Below, one piece after another: positions 54,878 to 63,756 of a stretch of 64,000 bases of DNA. The stretch covers positions 5,033-69,032 of the forward strand of contig JAFCDA010000001.1 in assembly GCA_017609915.1 (NCBI GenBank), given 5' to 3'. Numbering within the stretch: position 1 is the first letter of the stretch; every line of letters begins with the position of its first letter. The notes under the pieces are model-generated. The model was not told the origin of the DNA. It saw only the letters and a program-made list of their open reading frames with translations, and searched no databases. The stretch is from Candidatus Pacearchaeota archaeon. Its GTDB lineage: Archaea > Nanobdellota > Nanobdellia > Pacearchaeales > GW2011-AR1. A program made the translations under genes and the position numbers.

Positions 54878-55707
54878 CTTTTATTTAAAATTTGATTTAT
54901 ACTTCTAATATATTGTGGGGCAAATCTATTTTCAAGAGGGGTTAAATGATGACCTCTAAGATGATGATTTCTAAACGTTGTTTTAAAATTAGCAAAATCA
55001 CTTTTCCTAAGTTTTCTCCCTTCATAAGGTCCATCTGTGACATAGTTTTCAACATGAATAACATTAGAAGGAATTGTAAAATTATTAAACAATCCATCAA
55101 CAATTGGGGGGAAATATTCTTCTGATTTCAAGTGGGTTGAATCAACAAGCATAAGCCCAACAGGCACATTTACTTTTTCTAAAACTTTTGTTGCTTTAAT
55201 TGCATTACTTCCTCCACCACTATGACCTATTAAAATTATTGGACTTTGTTTAAAATATTGGTGTTTAATTTTTTCCAAAGAATCCCTCCAATCCTCAAAA
55301 TTAAAAACCTGATAATCTGAATGTTCTATGTTTAAGGCTATATTATCTGTCATTCTAAAAATTTGATTGTTATTATTTAAATCCCATCCTCCAAAACAAT
55401 AAAAAGCAGGATTAAAATCAAAATTATTAATTTGAGGTTGTAAATTATGAAAATTTCTTTGGTACGCTTGCCAATTAAAGTTTGTTGGGCTTTGAGAAGG
55501 TTTAGCACCTAATGCAGAAAAGAGTACTATAAAGATGTCTTCAACTGGAGAAGACCCTTTTACCACTTTTTGGTCTTGAGGTGTCTTTAAAAGTCTAGGA
55601 TTTCTTTGGTAAACTGGAGCACAGCCTGTAACAGCCATTAATGCTACTAATCCCATTACTTTTGCTTTATTTTTAAATCTAATTTTTTCCATGTCTAAAA
55701 CTTTCAA
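54874..55707 (-). CDS. lipobox-containing alpha/beta-hydrolase-like protein
   Basis: LVALMAVTGCAP (lipobox-like) and LIGHSGGG (GxSxG nucleophile elbow). Confidence 0.5.
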   Translation of the reverse strand: MKVLDMEKIRFKNKAKVMGLVALMAVTGCAPVYQRNPRLLKTPQDQKVVKGSSPVEDIFIVLFSALGAKPSQSPTNFNWQAYQRNFHNLQPQINNFDFNPAFYCFGGWDLNNNNQIFRMTDNIALNIEHSDYQVFNFEDWRDSLEKIKHQYFKQSPIILIGHSGGGSNAIKATKVLEKVNVPVGLMLVDSTHLKSEEYFPPIVDGLFNNFTIPSNVIHVENYVTDGPYEGRKLRKSDFANFKTTFRNHHLRGHHLTPLENRFAPQYIRSINQILNKR

Positions 55708-56923
55708 ATCCTTTTTTAATATATTTAACTGCTGTTTCTATAGGGTCTGGCTCTGCATTTATTTGTTCTGAAATTCTTTTTGTAACCTTTTTAAACTTGG
55801 GGTCAATTAATAATCTGTAAACTTGTTCCCTAAGTGTTTGTGGATTTCTTTGACTTTTAGATAAACTTAAACCTGCACTTAATCTTTCAAGGGTTATACA
55901 AGTAGCAGCTTGTTCAAGATGGTTAGCCATGCCTAAAATAGGTTTTCCTGCTTTTAATGAAAAATAAGTAGACCCTAAACCCCCTTGAATTACTACTGCA
56001 TCAACTAAAGGCAACACGCTATTAAAATTAAAATAATTTCCACCATAGAAATTTTCAGGCATTTCTTTTGGGATGTTTTTAGTATGCAATGCTACTGCTA
56101 ATCCACTATCTTTAAATGTTTTTATAAAAAAATCAGATTTACTATACTTTCCAGTTGACCCTTCTGAAATAAGAACTTTTTTTTGATTATCATTTTTAAA
56201 ATCTAAAATCCAATCTGGAGCAGCCCCATTATTAGGGATTAATAAGGGACCCATATATTTGTAACTTTCAGGTTTTTCTTTTAATTTAAAGACACTTTCT
56301 GAATCACATAAAAGTGTTAAGTCAGGAGCAACCCCTTCATAACTCCTTTCATTTACCCCTAAACCAAGGTTTCTACATTCAGTATAAAGATTTTTAGATG
56401 TAGATCTCCTAATATTTTTCTCTAAGCTTCCGATTCTATTTAAAATCGATTCAGGTAATCTTTCAAAAAAATTTGCGATTATACTAGGGACATTAGGAGG
56501 GATAAAATCAAATTCAAAAAAAGGGCAAACATTAACTTGACCTAAAAAAACATCAAAAATTCCTTGTTTTTTCGCATGTATTCCTGCTAAATCTCTAAAA
56601 TTATCTCTGATAATTATGTCTGGTTTTTGTGTTTTTAAAAGCTCCTCTTCTATTTTTGAGAAATATTCCACCATTTTTGGAGTATATAATCTTGGGATAA
56701 ATGTGCTCATAGATTTTGAAATAAGTTCTGGTTTAACCCCTGGAGTATAAATAAATTCAAATCCCTGATTCCTTATTAATCCTTCATGATGATTTTCTCC
56801 TGCTATGGTGATATCATGCTCCCCTGTATTTTTTAATCCTTCACAAATTGCAAGAACCCTTACTAAATGGCTTGTCCCTAAATTTCCACTATAAGGCAAA
56901 CCTAAAACTTTCTGTTTTTCCAT
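55679..56923 (-). CDS. GT-B glycosyltransferase (GT1/MGT-like UDP-glycosyltransferase)
   Basis: N-terminal LGLPYSGNLGTSHLVRVLAICEGL and C-terminal VIQGGLGSTYFSLKAGKPILGMANHLEQ. Confidence 0.6.
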   Translation of the reverse strand: MEKQKVLGLPYSGNLGTSHLVRVLAICEGLKNTGEHDITIAGENHHEGLIRNQGFEFIYTPGVKPELISKSMSTFIPRLYTPKMVEYFSKIEEELLKTQKPDIIIRDNFRDLAGIHAKKQGIFDVFLGQVNVCPFFEFDFIPPNVPSIIANFFERLPESILNRIGSLEKNIRRSTSKNLYTECRNLGLGVNERSYEGVAPDLTLLCDSESVFKLKEKPESYKYMGPLLIPNNGAAPDWILDFKNDNQKKVLISEGSTGKYSKSDFFIKTFKDSGLAVALHTKNIPKEMPENFYGGNYFNFNSVLPLVDAVVIQGGLGSTYFSLKAGKPILGMANHLEQAATCITLERLSAGLSLSKSQRNPQTLREQVYRLLIDPKFKKVTKRISEQINAEPDPIETAVKYIKKGFESFRHGKN

Positions 56924-56981
56924 TTTACTAGACTAAACTAATTAAAATTTAGCATATATAAAGACAATACACATTAGATAA

Positions 56982-57425
56982 GTGTTAATAAAAAATATAT
57001 CTACAAAAACATATATCTCTAAGAATAGATTTATTTTTAAACCATGGGATAATTTAAGACATATGAATAAACTAAAAAGAGAATTGATTTGGATTACTTT
57101 ATCCCTTCTTGCCATTTCTGGATGTGAAAATTCAATGATTGGGGGGAAAAATTATGTTTGTTTATGTAAGTCTCGTCATGCAGATTCTTATCTTAAAAAA
57201 TCAAAATTAATTGAGAAAAAATTAGAAGATTTTCCCACTTTAGAAGATAAAAAAGAAGCAGTCCATATTTATGGGCTTTTAGGAAAAACAGAATTAATGG
57301 ATAAATACATTAAAGAAATAATTGAAGAATCAAAGGTTTTAGATGGAGAGCTTTATGATTGGATAGGAGAACAATATCGTAAAGCACACAAGAAATGCGA
57401 TAGTCAAATAAGATTTTTAAGATAA
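56982..57425 (+). CDS. small lipobox-like protein
   Basis: LSLLAISGCENS. A start at the internal Met (MNKLK) is likely. Confidence 0.35.
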   Translation: MLIKNISTKTYISKNRFIFKPWDNLRHMNKLKRELIWITLSLLAISGCENSMIGGKNYVCLCKSRHADSYLKKSKLIEKKLEDFPTLEDKKEAVHIYGLLGKTELMDKYIKEIIEESKVLDGELYDWIGEQYRKAHKKCDSQIRFLR

Positions 57426-57804
57426 ATTCTAAAAATAACTATCACCACTTTGAAATTACTTGTAACTACTTTTAAGATTTGCAGTATTTAAACACTATCA
57501 GACTAAAATATATATTTTAGTATATAAGTTTATATTTAAAAGAATTTTTGCTATTTTTAATGTAAAGTGGTGAAAGACAATGATAATTGAGATATCTTTT
57601 GGATTAGTAGGGGGATTAAATTTTGGATTAGAAAAATCTTTAGGATTAATAAAAAATTTAACTATAAAATATCCTCATGCTGTTTGGAAAAAAGTTGTAG
57701 ATGTAAGACGAGGAATTGGTAAATATATTGTAGAGATTGATTAGTTCTTAATAGAATATTCCTAAAAACAAAAAATCTAAAAACCCTTAGAATTTATATA
57801 TAAA

Positions 57805-58326
57805 ATGGTAAAACTTTATGTTTGTAAAATATGCGGAGAACCTTATATTGGAGGAGAAGCCCCAGATGACTGCCCTTTTTGTGGAGCCCCTAAAAATTAT
57901 TTAAGGCCTGTAGAGGAATTTAATGAATTGTGGAAACAAGAATTAAATGAACAAGAAAAAAAAGATATGCAAGAAACTCTTGATTTAGAGATTAATGCTA
58001 CAGCATATTATCAAAAAGTAAGCGACAATCATGAAAAATATTCAAAACAAAATAGGTTATTTAAACAACTAACTAGGGTTGAAAAAGAACATGCAGAAAT
58101 AGCAGCAAAATTTCTTAATATAGAAATGCCTGAAATTAAAGGAGAAGATCCAAAAGGTTCTGTTGAAAAAGATTTAGAAAGAACAAAAGAACTTGAAAAA
58201 GGATCTATTGAAAAATATCAACAATTTCTTAAAAATGCAGATAATAGTGAGGTGAAAAACCTTTATGTTGCATTAATACATGCAGAGCAAGGGCATCATG
58301 ATATTGCTTCAAAAGAACTTGAATAA
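57805..58326 (+). CDS. rubrerythrin family protein with N-terminal rubredoxin-like domain (reverse rubrerythrin)
   Basis: CKICG...CPFCG at the N-terminus. Ferritin-like E..ExxH pairs: EINATAYY / EKEHAEIA and EKGSIEKY / AEQGHHDIA. Confidence 0.75.
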   Translation: MVKLYVCKICGEPYIGGEAPDDCPFCGAPKNYLRPVEEFNELWKQELNEQEKKDMQETLDLEINATAYYQKVSDNHEKYSKQNRLFKQLTRVEKEHAEIAAKFLNIEMPEIKGEDPKGSVEKDLERTKELEKGSIEKYQQFLKNADNSEVKNLYVALIHAEQGHHDIASKELE

Positions 58327-58331
58327 CTTAT

Positions 58332-59150
58332 TTATAAATCATCTAATGGATTTTTAATAGATTTAAGTTGTTCATGACTTATATGAGTATAAATCTGAGT
58401 TGTTGCAATACTTGAATGCCCAAGTAATTCTTGGATTTTTCTTAAATCTGTTCCCTTATCTAAAAGATGTGTGGCAAAAGAATGGCGTAAGGTGTGTGGA
58501 TGGACTGATTTATCAATACCTGCTCTTTGAGCTGTTTTTTGAACAATTTTTTGAATATTTCTTGTAGTCAAGGGTTTATTTTTTGAAAAAACATATATCC
58601 AATCTGAATTTTTTTTAATAAATTTATCAAGTTTTTTTGATAGTTTTTTTGATAAAATAAGCATCCTATCTTTTCCCCCTTTACCAGAACGAACCCAACC
58701 AATATTTTCATTAAAATCTAAATTTGTTGGTTTTAAATTAACTATTTCAGAAACCCTAAGTCCAGAAGAATATAATAATTGAATAATTAATTTGCTTTTT
58801 AGATTATTTGAACTTTCAATTAAGTCAGTTGTTTCTTGTCTAGTTAAAACAATTGGTATTTTATTTTCTTTTTTTGGGCGTTTAACTCCTGCTGTAGGAT
58901 CTTTTCCTAAAACATTAGAATATGCAAATTTAATTGAAGCTAAAAATAAAATAATTGAACTTGAAGCCCTATCTGTCATTTTATCTGCAAGAAAATATTT
59001 TACATCTTGTTGCTCAATTTGTTCTGGTTGTTTTTTTGCATGATTTAATAATTGATTATTAAGTTCTAAATAGTTTTTCAAAGTATAAGGTGATAATTTA
59101 GAAATTTTAATTTCTGTTTCAAGATGTTTTAGAAATTCTTGCTTATCCAT
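58332..59150 (-). CDS. xerA: tyrosine recombinase (XerA/XerC-like)
   Basis: GLRVSE, HTLRHSFATHLL, LLGHSSIATTQIYTH catalytic signature. Met at 59150 preferred because it removes the overlap with the VIT gene. Confidence 0.8.
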   Translation of the reverse strand: MDKQEFLKHLETEIKISKLSPYTLKNYLELNNQLLNHAKKQPEQIEQQDVKYFLADKMTDRASSSIILFLASIKFAYSNVLGKDPTAGVKRPKKENKIPIVLTRQETTDLIESSNNLKSKLIIQLLYSSGLRVSEIVNLKPTNLDFNENIGWVRSGKGGKDRMLILSKKLSKKLDKFIKKNSDWIYVFSKNKPLTTRNIQKIVQKTAQRAGIDKSVHPHTLRHSFATHLLDKGTDLRKIQELLGHSSIATTQIYTHISHEQLKSIKNPLDDL

Positions 59151-59191
59151 GATATAGATAGTGCGAACTTCTTTAAAAGGTTTTTTATAAT

Positions 59192-59671
59192 TTAAGAAAA
59201 AATACTTGCTATCCAAATTCCAGTATAATGTGTTGCAAAAATAACCAAAACAGTTATAACCAAATGCTCTGAAATAGCCTTAAAAGCAGAGGTTTTTTTC
59301 CATTTAGAAGTATAATAACTTAAGATAGTTATTAATAATAATCCCCAGATTATACTAATAATTATTGCGCTTCTTAGATTTAAAAATATAAATGGAATTA
59401 AAAAAGTTAAGGAAAATAAAAGTTTAGATAAAAAAGTTGCACCTGTTGATTCCCAAATTTCTTTTTTAGTTGTTTTCCTATTTCCTGATTCTTCAGAAAT
59501 ATGAATCCCTAATGAATCTGAAAAAGCATCTGCAATTGCAATTGTTAAAATTCCTCCAAGAATAATCATTTTAGAATGTGTGCTTGAATTTAACCCTATA
59601 ATTAATCCAAGAGTTGTTATTATTCCAGAAGTTAATCCAAAGCTCATCCCTTTTCTTATTGATATCTTCAT
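59192..59671 (-). CDS. VIT1/CCC1 family membrane protein (short form)
   Basis: GLTSGIITTLGLIIGL, IAIADAFSDSLGIHISEES. Confidence 0.6.
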   Translation of the reverse strand: MKISIRKGMSFGLTSGIITTLGLIIGLNSSTHSKMIILGGILTIAIADAFSDSLGIHISEESGNRKTTKKEIWESTGATFLSKLLFSLTFLIPFIFLNLRSAIIISIIWGLLLITILSYYTSKWKKTSAFKAISEHLVITVLVIFATHYTGIWIASIFS

Positions 59672-59790
59672 AAGTTCTTTAAGGTTTTTTATATTATAAA
59701 CCTATTTAATCTAACTAGTATCTTATAAAATATAGATAAAAATAAGTTTAAAAACAAAAACTTAATAAATATTACTTCCTTTTATATGAA

Positions 59791-60018
59791 ATGGTAAAAA
59801 GGTGGATTCAAAAAACTAAAATTAAAAAAGGAGCATTACATAAACAATTAGGGGTTCCTGAAGAGAGAAAAATTCCCATTACATTATTAAACAAAATTAT
59901 ATCTGCAGAAGTAGGAAAGGTTATTAAAAACTCTTCTAAATCAAGTAAAAAAATGATTAAGGTTACATCTTTACTTAAAAAAAGAGCTAATTTAGCTAAA
60001 AACTTAAAGAAGATATAA
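59791..60018 (+). CDS. small basic hypothetical protein
   Basis: 75-aa Lys-rich ORF (KGALHKQLGVPEE). Confidence 0.35.
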   Translation: MVKRWIQKTKIKKGALHKQLGVPEERKIPITLLNKIISAEVGKVIKNSSKSSKKMIKVTSLLKKRANLAKNLKKI

Positions 60019-60430
60019 CTAGGCCCTATTGAAGTTATGGACTGCCTTAAACCATTATAAATAGCATCCTATCCAATAAAGGCCTAGTTTAATTCTTCCT
60101 ATCTGTTAGGGAGGGTCTTGATCTTTCATTTTACAGCGGTTTAATTTTAATGTTTTTGAATAATGGATTAGTTTTGGAAAAAGAGTTTTAAAGGGAAGTT
60201 ATCAGCAAGATATTTGAAAAATCAGCCATCATATTGTGATAACCTTTTTGCATTATCAAAAACAAAAAATATGAAATTGGGTTCCTCCTTTTTTATTATT
60301 AAATTTATAAATATATTAAAGAAAAGTTATTTATAAACAGTCAGAAGTAAACATAAATATATTAGATATATAGCAATCCTCTATATTATTGAATATAAAA
60401 CCTTAAATAAACAAAAAAAATTCCAATAAT

Positions 60431-61102
60431 ATGTACTCTGAAATATATACCTTCCTCTCACAAAATAGAGAATTATTTAGATTCTTATACTCTATTTTAA
60501 TAGCATTTATTTGCCTTATTATTGTGTTAAAAACAGATAGATTATTTAGAATTAGTTCTCATCAAGGGATTAGGTATTTTAGAAATGCTTTCTTTTTTTA
60601 TGGTATTGCATTTGTTTTTAGATATCTTCTTGGGAACCCTATTTATTTTAATGAAATGCGGGTAGTATTTGAATTTTTCATGATTATTGGAGGATTTTGT
60701 TTATTTTATAGTTTAATATGGAAAAAATTTGAAAAATTTAATGAAACAAGTTCATTGTTTAATCCTAGAATAATCATCCTTTATGTTTTAGCATTTATAA
60801 TTGCTTTTTTAGATTATTTATGGATTTGTTATAATTTTCTATTTTTCTCACAGATTATCATATTCTTTTTTGCAACTATAATAAGCTATAATAATTATAA
60901 AAAAGGCGGGAAACAGCATAAATTCTTAAAACTATATTTTGTTATAATGTTGTTAAATCTTATTGCGTGGGTCCTAAATTATGCTTTTGTGCTCTTCTTA
61001 GACTGGAGATTAAGATGGGTAGCAAATATTTATATTATTAATGTTGTTGTATTCTTAATCTTTTTATATGGGGTTGTTAAATTAACAAAAAGAGGCAGAT
61101 AA
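60431..61102 (+). CDS. polytopic membrane protein, function unknown
   Basis: 223 aa, ~6-7 TM helices. Confidence 0.45.
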   Translation: MYSEIYTFLSQNRELFRFLYSILIAFICLIIVLKTDRLFRISSHQGIRYFRNAFFFYGIAFVFRYLLGNPIYFNEMRVVFEFFMIIGGFCLFYSLIWKKFEKFNETSSLFNPRIIILYVLAFIIAFLDYLWICYNFLFFSQIIIFFFATIISYNNYKKGGKQHKFLKLYFVIMLLNLIAWVLNYAFVLFLDWRLRWVANIYIINVVVFLIFLYGVVKLTKRGR

Positions 61103-61113
61103 TAAAATAAAAA

Positions 61114-61386
61114 ATGGCTAAAAAAAGAGAAAGATTAAAGGTAATAAAAGATATTCTTAATTCAATTAAAGATAATAGAAATATTAAACCTACAAGATTA
61201 TTATATGCTTCTAATCTGTCTCCTCAAATGTTTAAAGATTATATTAATGAACTAATCTCTAAAGGATTTATTAGTTTAGATATTGATAAAAAAGATAAAA
61301 AAACTTTTTCATTGACTTCAAAAGGTTATGAGTTTTTAGAAGAATATAAAGTAATTGAAAACTTTGTTGAAAACTTTGGGTTATAA
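61114..61386 (+). CDS. winged-helix DNA-binding protein (HTH_45-like)
   Basis: RLKVIKDILNSIKDN..IKPTRLLYASNLSPQMFKDYINELISKGFI is typical of small archaeal wHTH regulators. Confidence 0.6.
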   Translation: MAKKRERLKVIKDILNSIKDNRNIKPTRLLYASNLSPQMFKDYINELISKGFISLDIDKKDKKTFSLTSKGYEFLEEYKVIENFVENFGL

Positions 61387-61521
61387 CACAAAACTTTGAA
61401 CAGTGTAATTCTATTTTAATAAATAATATCGCTATCTTATTAAGAATTCAGCTACACAATAAAAGACTAATCTCCTCATAGCAAAGCTTAAGATTTATCA
61501 AGATATTAAAAGACATTAAAA

Positions 61522-61623
61522 AAGCCTTATTTGAGTTTTACAGCAGTACCATATGCTAACATCTCTTCTCGATGCACATAAGCCTTATTTGAGTTTTACA
61601 GCAGTACCATATGCTAACATCTC
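61522..61623. repeat. 44-nt direct repeat (period 58 nt) duplicating the 3' end of the YbjQ-like gene
   Basis: aagccttatttgagttttacagcagtaccatatgctaacatctc occurs at 61522..61565 and 61580..61623. Confidence 0.9.
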
Positions 61624-61908
61624 GGCTGCACCTTGCATTATCATTGATGTTGCAAATCTTATAGTGATAATTGCATCTGCCTTAAGTTCAATAGCTTGAT
61701 TAACCATTCTATTAAATGCTTCTTCTCTTGCATGAGTAGTCATATCTGTATAGCTTTTTATTTCTCCACCAACAATGTTTTTGAATCCTGCTGCAATATC
61801 TCTTCCAACATGTCGTGCTCTTATTGTGTTTCCTTTTACAACCCCTAAAATCTCTACTACTTTTTTTCCAGGTATTTCAGATGTTGTACTGGTTATTATT
61901 TCTACCAT
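61585..61908 (-). CDS. YbjQ/UPF0145 family protein
   Basis: TTSEIPGKKVVEILGVVKGNTIRARHVGRDIAAGFKNIVGGEI...ADAIITIRF. Confidence 0.75.
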   Translation of the reverse strand: MVEIITSTTSEIPGKKVVEILGVVKGNTIRARHVGRDIAAGFKNIVGGEIKSYTDMTTHAREEAFNRMVNQAIELKADAIITIRFATSMIMQGAAEMLAYGTAVKLK

Positions 61909-61909
61909 G

Positions 61910-62119
61910 TTATTTCTTTGATTTCTTTTCTTTTAAATCTTTTCTTTGTTCAATTTTATCTTCTGCCTTATACATAAGAACTAATGCAATTCCAATTCCT
62001 ATTGAGAATAAAGGATAAATTAATACCCAAATAGGAGTTTCTGAAGAAAGTGTTTTAAAAATGCCCCAAGCACCTAATAAAATAAGTGCTATTCCAATAT
62101 AAATTGCGCCTTTTCCCAT
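61910..62119 (-). CDS. small 2-TM protein
   Basis: 69-aa ORF placed 1 nt upstream of the ybjQ-like start. Confidence 0.4.
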   Translation of the reverse strand: MGKGAIYIGIALILLGAWGIFKTLSSETPIWVLIYPLFSIGIGIALVLMYKAEDKIEQRKDLKEKKSKK

Positions 62120-62125
62120 TTTGAT

Positions 62126-62287
62126 TTATTCCTCACATTCATCTGCAGTTATCAGATAAATTTTTTCATATTCTTTTTTTCTCTGAGCAGAACATTTCTC
62201 ACAATATTTTCTAGGATATCTTGTATTTGTTTTTGCTTCAAACCCTTTTCCACAGTCCTTACATTTTTTTTTGATTGTTTTAGGCAT
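62126..62287 (-). CDS. small zinc-ribbon protein
   Basis: MPKTIKKKCKDCG...YCEKCS. Met at 62287 preferred over the ORF-track start 62335. Confidence 0.4.
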   Translation of the reverse strand: MPKTIKKKCKDCGKGFEAKTNTRYPRKYCEKCSAQRKKEYEKIYLITADECEE

Positions 62288-62475
62288 AATTAAAATAAAT
62301 ATAAGCACTTTATAAGATTTTCTCCATCTCTTCAAACAACAAAGTTATAGCCCTGTTCTTTAAAGCTATACTCGCCTCATCTTCAAAAGCTATTATTGAG
62401 CTTTTAAGATAATATTAAACTTATTAAAAAAATAAAAAATAAAAAAATAAGGCTAAAGCCAATTATATTGCTTTA

Positions 62476-62880
62476 TTAAAATTCTTCGTTAGATTCATCA
62501 GAATTATCTTCTTTAGGTTTTTCAGATCCTCCAAAGTTTCCTTGTTTTTGGTCTTGAAAACATTCATTACAAAAAACATCTCTGCCTTCTGTTGGTCTAA
62601 AAGGAACCTCGCAATCTTTCTTACATTTAGCACAAACTGCTTTATGCTTTTCTTGCGGTCTTCTATCAAATCTTCGTCCACCAAAACCTCCTCTATTAAA
62701 GCCTCCTCTATTGCTTCTTTGAGGTCTGTTTTTTCTAAAACAATCTTGACATCTGACATCTTTACCTGGTGTTGGCTTAAAGGGAACTGTACATTCAGCT
62801 CCACAATCAGAACAAATTGCTTTATGCTTTTCTCTATCGTCCATATTATCGTCCATATTCTCGCTGTTCTTATCCTCCAT
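62476..62880 (-). CDS. tandem CxxC-x17-CxxC zinc-ribbon protein with RGG-like linker
   Basis: HKAICSDCGAECTVPFKPTPGKDVRCQDCF and HKAVCAKCKKDCEVPFRPTEGRDVFCNECF, separated by RSNRGGFNRGGFGGRRFDRR. Confidence 0.7.
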   Translation of the reverse strand: MEDKNSENMDDNMDDREKHKAICSDCGAECTVPFKPTPGKDVRCQDCFRKNRPQRSNRGGFNRGGFGGRRFDRRPQEKHKAVCAKCKKDCEVPFRPTEGRDVFCNECFQDQKQGNFGGSEKPKEDNSDESNEEF

Positions 62881-62923
62881 TCTACTATTCTTCTTTCCTA
62901 ATTTCTAGGTAAATTGAGGAGAT

Positions 62924-63403
62924 TTAGAAGGTATTTAAAGGTATGTTTTTACCAGGAATAAATCTTATTAGCATGGGTTTCCCTTTACTCATAACAACTT
63001 CTCCAAGAAATGGTTGTTCAGAATTTGCTACTTTTATCAAAACATTGCAAATACGTATTGCTTCTTTTCTTGCTTTTGCTAAAGCATAAGTTTTTCCTAA
63101 AGTATTTCCACTTTCAGGCAGAGGTTTTCCTGCATTTTTTTTATTACAAATTATTTTAATTAATTTAGAAGTTCTTGGGCCTCCTCCAAAAGTATGCTTA
63201 GTTACAGTATAATGATGTGGTTGTTTTAATTTATTTTCTTCTGATCCATAAAGAGCGTCTGTTGCATAAGATACCTCCCATGTAGCACCCATAACCCCGT
63301 TTTGATGATATTGAACTTCATAATCACCACTAATAGACGCTTCTGGAGAAAATAATAAAAGTCCTGTTTCTTTTTCTCTTGTTGTAGTAACTAGTTCTTC
63401 CAT
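62924..63403 (-). CDS. hypothetical protein
   Basis: 159-aa ORF with no recognisable motif. Confidence 0.4.
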   Translation of the reverse strand: MEELVTTTREKETGLLLFSPEASISGDYEVQYHQNGVMGATWEVSYATDALYGSEENKLKQPHHYTVTKHTFGGGPRTSKLIKIICNKKNAGKPLPESGNTLGKTYALAKARKEAIRICNVLIKVANSEQPFLGEVVMSKGKPMLIRFIPGKNIPLNTF

Positions 63404-63489
63404 AGTAAATCAAAATTTGATGCCTATTTAAGGTTTATGATGATTAAATAAATAAATTTAAAATAAAGAGATGTATAAAATTATAGAAA

Positions 63490-63696
63490 ATGAGTGTAAT
63501 TCAAATAGGGAAAGGTTTAAGTGTTAGACTTTTTTATAATTTTTTTGATTGTCCTTTGAGGGGGAATTGTGATGGTCAAGAAGCTAGGGAGGCTGGGTTA
63601 ATGAAACATCGTTGCTCTTTTAATCCTAGTATATATAAATGTAAATACTACCCAGAATTTAATTCAAAAAAAATGCTTCAAAAGTTTATTCCTTAA
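63490..63696 (+). CDS. small Cys-containing hypothetical protein
   Basis: 68-aa ORF. Weak support. Confidence 0.25.
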   Translation: MSVIQIGKGLSVRLFYNFFDCPLRGNCDGQEAREAGLMKHRCSFNPSIYKCKYYPEFNSKKMLQKFIP

Positions 63697-63756
63697 ATTG
63701 TTTATAGATTGTTTATTAAAAGATAAATTTAAATAAGTTTTTTTCTTAAGTTAAAA

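Noticed and set aside
58332-59216. Tyrosine recombinase as marker of an integrated mobile element
   Set aside because: No flanking att-like direct repeats, tRNA target, or phage/plasmid genes were detected around it. It resembles the housekeeping archaeal XerA. The nearby 44-nt duplication at 61.5 kb is tandem and does not flank an island.
62463-62901. ORFs 62463..62804 (-) and 62542..62901 (+)
   Set aside because: They are alternative frames over the CxxC-x17-CxxC gene. Only the 62476..62880 frame gives the duplicated eight-Cys pattern.
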